64,000 nt of DNA from Bacteroidales bacterium (GTDB lineage Bacteria > Bacteroidota > Bacteroidia > Bacteroidales > WCHB1-69). The notes beneath the pieces were generated by a model. The model worked only from the letters and a program-made list of their open reading frames with translations, had not been told where the DNA came from and did not search any database. Positions within the stretch are counted from its first letter, which is position 1; every line of letters starts with the position of its first letter. Positions 59,468-64,000 of the stretch are shown here, one piece after another. Location of the stretch: the NCBI GenBank assembly GCA_045534635.1, contig JAZSKB010000004.1, forward strand, positions 617 to 64,616, in the 5' to 3' direction. The translations under genes were made by a program, and so were the position numbers.

Positions 59468-61710
59468 TGAGCGAAAAACCCAAAAAAAATAAAGTTTTTG
59501 CTTTAAAAATCAAGATTATATATTTTATACTCTTGATTTTAGGGATTTTTGCTATGTGGAGAATGGTTTCACTTAAAATCAATTTGGGAAAATATTACAA
59601 TGGATTGGCTATTCCTCAAGATAGTAGTGTTACCATAGAAAATAGAACTTTTGCTTTTGAATATTCAAGCGAAAATGGGAAAAGAGGAAATATTTGTTCA
59701 GAAGATGGAACTATTTTATTGACAGATATTTATATTTACGATTTGTATTGGTTTCCTTCAAATGTAATAGGAAAAGATTCTGCAAGATTTATGGAAAAAG
59801 CAGATTCTTTGATAGATATATTTTGTCAAATCAATCCAAAATATAAGAGAGAATATTATGTTAAAAATATCAAAGAGAGATATATACAATTTCGTAAAGA
59901 ATGGAATTCAGCCAACGAAAAAGAAAAAAGTAAAGATAAACAAGTTGCTCAAATAGGAAAATTAGAAAAACAACGTCTCAATAAAGAAAAAGTTTTAATA
60001 TTGGTATCAAATATAGGAAAACCAAATAAATGGGTTCGACAAAAACATATTAATGCAATAGATTCTCTTTTTGTAATATGGCATGGGGATAAACGATTTA
60101 AAGGAGGTTGTCAAAAAGATATTCGTTATGTAAGACGTCAACTTTCAGGAGATTTTCCCTCTTCTATTTTGGGAAGAATGGGAACAAAAATTAGTTCTGT
60201 CGGCATTGATAGTATGGTATTCAACAATGGAATGGAAGGTTATTTCGATGAAGAATTATCAGGAGAATGTATGCCAAAACGTATTTTGAAAGTGAATGGA
60301 TATACAATTCGTTTGCGAGAAAATAAAAACTTACAACCTAAAAGTGGAAAACATATAATAACCACAATAAATACAGATATTCAACGTGTTACAAAATCAG
60401 CATTGAATCGTTATCTCGCATTAGCAGAAGCTAAAAATGGTTGTGCAATAGTAATGGAAGTAAAAACAGGAGCAATAAAAGCAATTGTAAATTTAGACCG
60501 AGATGAAATTACTGGAAAATATATAGAACGAAGTGACCATACTATTATAGAACGATTTGAACCAGGTTCTACATTTAAATTAATAACCCTTTTGGCTGTA
60601 TTAGAAACAGGAAAAATAGATACAGGTGATTTGGTAGAATGTGAAAAAGGTAAATATTCTTTAGCCAGAGCATTTGAAATATCAGATAATGAAGGATTAT
60701 TCAATGCGGCTCGTATTGCTTTTGGTGATATTAATAAATTTGGGTTAGGAGTAGAAAAAATGGGATTACAAACAAATTTAGATATTGAAATAAAAGGAGC
60801 AAAACAACCATTGCTAAGAAGTGTAACAACTTCATTAGCAGACTTTAAAAATATCACTCATGGATATAGTGTGAGTGTGCCTCCTATGTATATGTTGGCT
60901 TATTATAATGCAATAGCAAACAATGGAGTGTATGTTAAACCACATTTGTTGAAAGCAATGATAGACCCAAATTATGAAAACAAAAATAGAGAAGATTATG
61001 AATCTATTGTAATTAATAAAAAGATTTGTACACAACGGACTATCAATAGAGCAAAAAAATGTATGGAAGGAGTTGTTGCTCATGGAACAGCACGCCGTAT
61101 TCGTGATGAAAGATATTTTATGCAATTGAAAGATAGTACAATAAATGCAATTCCACTTATTGCAGGAAAAACAGGAACGGCATTTATTTATGATGAAACA
61201 ACAAAAACTTATAGTTCAACTTTGAAAAATTCATCATTTATAGGTTATTTTCCATCAGAAGCACCAAAATATACTTGTATGGTGCTCATCAAAGGAACAA
61301 CATTAGATGCAAGTCGTTGTGCGGCTCCTGCATGTAAAGAAATTGCAGAAAAATTGATTACCAATCTCAATGAGTTTGATATTAGTAGTCAAGAAGGGAA
61401 AACATTGTTGCCTAATTGTAGTATCGGCAATAAAGAAGATATTGCTCAAATATATCAAACAATGGGAATAGATATTTATTACAAAGGCAATAGTGATTAT
61501 GTTCGTGTGAACACAGAAGCAAATTCTGTCAAAACAACACCTATACAGATAGAAAATATACCATTATCTTCATTTTTAAAAGGTTGCAATGCTAAAGATG
61601 CAGTATATTTATTACAAAAAAAAGGTTATCAGGTAATAGTCAATGGAAGAGGAAAAGTGGTTAATTATTCTATACAAGGTAAAACAATAAATTTATATTT
61701 AACAAATTGA
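59467..61710 (+). CDS. ftsI: Penicillin-binding protein (FtsI/PBP3-type transpeptidase)
   Basis: STFK, SDN and KTGT motifs; N-terminal TM anchor. Confidence 0.9.
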   Translation: MSEKPKKNKVFALKIKIIYFILLILGIFAMWRMVSLKINLGKYYNGLAIPQDSSVTIENRTFAFEYSSENGKRGNICSEDGTILLTDIYIYDLYWFPSNVIGKDSARFMEKADSLIDIFCQINPKYKREYYVKNIKERYIQFRKEWNSANEKEKSKDKQVAQIGKLEKQRLNKEKVLILVSNIGKPNKWVRQKHINAIDSLFVIWHGDKRFKGGCQKDIRYVRRQLSGDFPSSILGRMGTKISSVGIDSMVFNNGMEGYFDEELSGECMPKRILKVNGYTIRLRENKNLQPKSGKHIITTINTDIQRVTKSALNRYLALAEAKNGCAIVMEVKTGAIKAIVNLDRDEITGKYIERSDHTIIERFEPGSTFKLITLLAVLETGKIDTGDLVECEKGKYSLARAFEISDNEGLFNAARIAFGDINKFGLGVEKMGLQTNLDIEIKGAKQPLLRSVTTSLADFKNITHGYSVSVPPMYMLAYYNAIANNGVYVKPHLLKAMIDPNYENKNREDYESIVINKKICTQRTINRAKKCMEGVVAHGTARRIRDERYFMQLKDSTINAIPLIAGKTGTAFIYDETTKTYSSTLKNSSFIGYFPSEAPKYTCMVLIKGTTLDASRCAAPACKEIAEKLITNLNEFDISSQEGKTLLPNCSIGNKEDIAQIYQTMGIDIYYKGNSDYVRVNTEANSVKTTPIQIENIPLSSFLKGCNAKDAVYLLQKKGYQVIVNGRGKVVNYSIQGKTINLYLTN

Positions 61711-61717
61711 ATTAGCA

Positions 61718-63178
61718 ATGAAAACATGGCAAGATATAATTAAAGGGATAAATATCAAACAATTGATAGGAAAGATACCACAAAAAGTATCTGCAATATG
61801 TTTTGATACACGTCAAGTGGTAAAAGATAGTGTATTTGTTGCACAAAAAGGAACCAAAGTAGATGGTCATCAATTTGTAAATCAGGCAATTGATGCAGGT
61901 GCAATTTGTGTTGTTGTAGAAGTAATACCTGAAAATATTCGAGAAAATGTTTGTTATATACAAGTTGAAAATTCTTCTTTAGTATTGGCAATCATGGCAG
62001 ATAATTTTTATGACCACCCATCGCAAAAGTTACGTTTAGTAGGAATTACAGGGACAAATGGCAAAACGACAACAGTTACTTTATTGTATAGATTGTTTTT
62101 GTCAATGGGTAAAAAAGTAGGTTTATTGAGTACAATAGAAAATAGAATCAATGAAGAAGTAATACCCAGTACACATACAACACCAGATAGTGTGAAAATT
62201 AATGAAATGCTTGCGAAAATGGTTGATGCTGGTTGTGAATATTGTTTTATGGAGGTTAGTTCTCATGCTATTGTACAAAATAGAATAAGTGGATTGCATT
62301 TTACAGGAGCTTTGTTTAGCAATATTACACACGACCATTTAGATTATCATAAAACTTTTGCTCAATATAGAGATGCGAAAAAATTATTTTTTGATAATCT
62401 TCCTGCGACAGCATTTGCATTGACTAATTTAGATGATGCCAATGGTATTGTTATGCTACAAAATACTGTTGCCAAAAAATATACATATAGTTTGAATAAT
62501 GCAGCATGTGATTTTAAAGCAAAAATTATTGAATGTAATATTGAAGGAACGCAATTGAGAATTGCAGGAGATGATGTTTGGTTTAGATTAGTAGGAAAAT
62601 TTAATTCGTATAATTTGTTGGCAATTTATGCTACAAGTGTACTTTTGGGAATAGATAAACATTTGGTATTGCTTAAAATGAGTCTTCTTGAAGCTGCCGA
62701 AGGGCGTTTCTTTACTATGCGAGGAAAAAATGTTACGGTAATAGTAGATTATGCTCATACTCCCGATGCTTTGCAAAATGTTTTGGAAACAATCAATGCA
62801 GTGAGCAAACCAGAACAAGAAATAATTACAGTAGTTGGTTGTGGTGGAGATAGAGATAAAACCAAACGTCCAGAAATGGCTAAAATAGCGTGCAAATTGA
62901 GCAATCGTGTGGTCCTTACTTCTGATAATCCACGAACAGAAGACCCTAATGAAATATTGACAGATATGGAAAAAGGAGTAAGTACCGCTTATGAACCAAC
63001 AACACTTGTTATTCCTGATAGAAAACAAGCAATTAAATCTGCAATTGTGCAAGCAAAAAACAATAGTATTGTTTTGATTGCTGGCAAAGGACACGAAAAA
63101 TATCAAGATATAAATGGAGTAAAACATCATTTTGATGATGTTGAAGAAGCACAGAAATATATTAAAGAATATGATTAA
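61718..63178 (+). CDS. murE: UDP-N-acetylmuramoyl-tripeptide synthetase (meso-DAP/Lys adding)
   Basis: GITGTNGKTT P-loop; DNPR motif (SDNPRTEDP). Confidence 0.95.
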   Translation: MKTWQDIIKGINIKQLIGKIPQKVSAICFDTRQVVKDSVFVAQKGTKVDGHQFVNQAIDAGAICVVVEVIPENIRENVCYIQVENSSLVLAIMADNFYDHPSQKLRLVGITGTNGKTTTVTLLYRLFLSMGKKVGLLSTIENRINEEVIPSTHTTPDSVKINEMLAKMVDAGCEYCFMEVSSHAIVQNRISGLHFTGALFSNITHDHLDYHKTFAQYRDAKKLFFDNLPATAFALTNLDDANGIVMLQNTVAKKYTYSLNNAACDFKAKIIECNIEGTQLRIAGDDVWFRLVGKFNSYNLLAIYATSVLLGIDKHLVLLKMSLLEAAEGRFFTMRGKNVTVIVDYAHTPDALQNVLETINAVSKPEQEIITVVGCGGDRDKTKRPEMAKIACKLSNRVVLTSDNPRTEDPNEILTDMEKGVSTAYEPTTLVIPDRKQAIKSAIVQAKNNSIVLIAGKGHEKYQDINGVKHHFDDVEEAQKYIKEYD

Positions 63179-63235
63179 TATTTGATAATAAATTTATTAA
63201 CAATAAATTAAATTAATATTTAACAATTTTGTATT

Positions 63236-64000
63236 ATGCTTTATTATTTTTTTGATTGGTTAGACCAACATTTTGATTTACCGGGAATAGGTGTTTTTCA
63301 TTATATTTCGTTTCGTACCGCTATGGCGGCGATGTTATCATTGTTTTTATCGCTTATCATTGGTAAATATGTGATAAAATTGTTACAAAAAAATCAAATT
63401 GGAGAAAGTATTCGAGACCTTGGTTTGCAAGGACAAATGGAGAAAAAAGGTACTCCAACGATGGGAGGTATAATTATTTTGTTTAGTATATTGTTATCGG
63501 TAATACTTTTCAATAAATTGGACAATATTTACATTATCTTAATGATTGTTACAACAATTTGGTTAGGGTTACTTGGTTTTTTAGATGATTATATAAAGGT
63601 AAAAAAGAAGAAAAAAGAAGGTCTTCCTGCAAAATTGAAATTGATAGGACAATCATTATTAGGGTTGTTTGTTGGTTTAGTATTGTTTTTTCATCCAGAA
63701 GTAGTAATAAAAGAAAAATGTAGTAACCCTAATTATGTTAGTACAGAAAATGTTTTTAGAGTAGAAAACAATCCAGATGAAGGAACAACAGGCTATGAAT
63801 GTATTCAAGCACAAAAATCTACCAAAACTACAATACCATTTTTTAAAAACAACGAATTAGATTATGCATTGTTGCTCAAATGGTTGGGAGATGGTTATGA
63901 AAAATGGGCTTGGTTGATTTATATTCCAATTATTATTTTTATAATTGTTGCGGTAAGCAATGGAGCAAATCTCACAGATGGATTAGATGGTTTAGCCATT
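63236..64000 (+). CDS. mraY: Phospho-N-acetylmuramoyl-pentapeptide transferase (partial, 3' end outside window)
   Basis: Not in the ORF track because no stop falls in the window. ATG 63236, open for 255 codons. MLYYFFDWL...KKGTPTMGGIIIL...NLTDGLDGLA. Confidence 0.9.
   Translation, partial: MLYYFFDWLDQHFDLPGIGVFHYISFRTAMAAMLSLFLSLIIGKYVIKLLQKNQIGESIRDLGLQGQMEKKGTPTMGGIIILFSILLSVILFNKLDNIYIILMIVTTIWLGLLGFLDDYIKVKKKKKEGLPAKLKLIGQSLLGLFVGLVLFFHPEVVIKEKCSNPNYVSTENVFRVENNPDEGTTGYECIQAQKSTKTTIPFFKNNELDYALLLKWLGDGYEKWAWLIYIPIIIFIIVAVSNGANLTDGLDGLAI

Noticed and set aside
62588-63130. 180-aa antisense ORF inside murE, and similar ORFs at 60411-60857, 15539-15955 and 45766-46116
   Set aside because: Each is fully embedded opposite a strongly conserved housekeeping gene and has no motifs. 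Stop-poor reverse frames are typical in AT-rich DNA.

Overview
A 64-kb chromosomal window from a strongly AT-rich genome. It looks Bacteroidota-like: nearly every transcription unit is preceded by the Bacteroidetes -7 promoter box TAnnTTTG, Shine-Dalgarno sites are absent, and the gene families fit (BatE-like protein, TPR/porin pair, paired rhomboids). Most of the window is housekeeping. It carries rbr-perR, rsmI, hemW, rsmG, ridA, lpxH, tRNA-Glu, an mlaEF-like pair with cvpA, and sufB. It also carries a 1952-aa alpha-2-macroglobulin, kdsA, lipA-lipB, tRNA-Gln, rimP-nusA-infB, mscL, hflX, lpxD, prs and the dcw cluster mraZ-rsmH-ftsL-ftsI-murE-mraY. Many ORF-track starts are over-extended because the TTG or GTG of the promoter box is read as a start codon; I trimmed these. 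Three things go beyond routine annotation. (1) A modular repeat family occurs in seven intergenic gaps. Its full-length copy is bounded on both sides by outward-firing promoters, it shares an 83-nt stretch identical to another copy, and a ~95-nt sub-module occurs alone, nested, or deleted. I cannot match it to a named family. (2) A 2.3-kb island at 52.8-55.1 kb has visibly higher G+C. It encodes a divergent agmatine/arginine-deiminase-fold protein with a signal peptide, a small acidic protein, a possible AAG-fold protein and a truncated lipoprotein. It is flanked by an RHS/YD gene fragment and by a repeat copy. (3) There are RHS/YD-repeat remnants at the window edge and, inverted, at 52.6 kb, plus a gene remnant fused to a repeat copy. 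I saw no CRISPR array, transposase, integrase or rRNA. All functional calls come from motif recognition by eye, not database searches.
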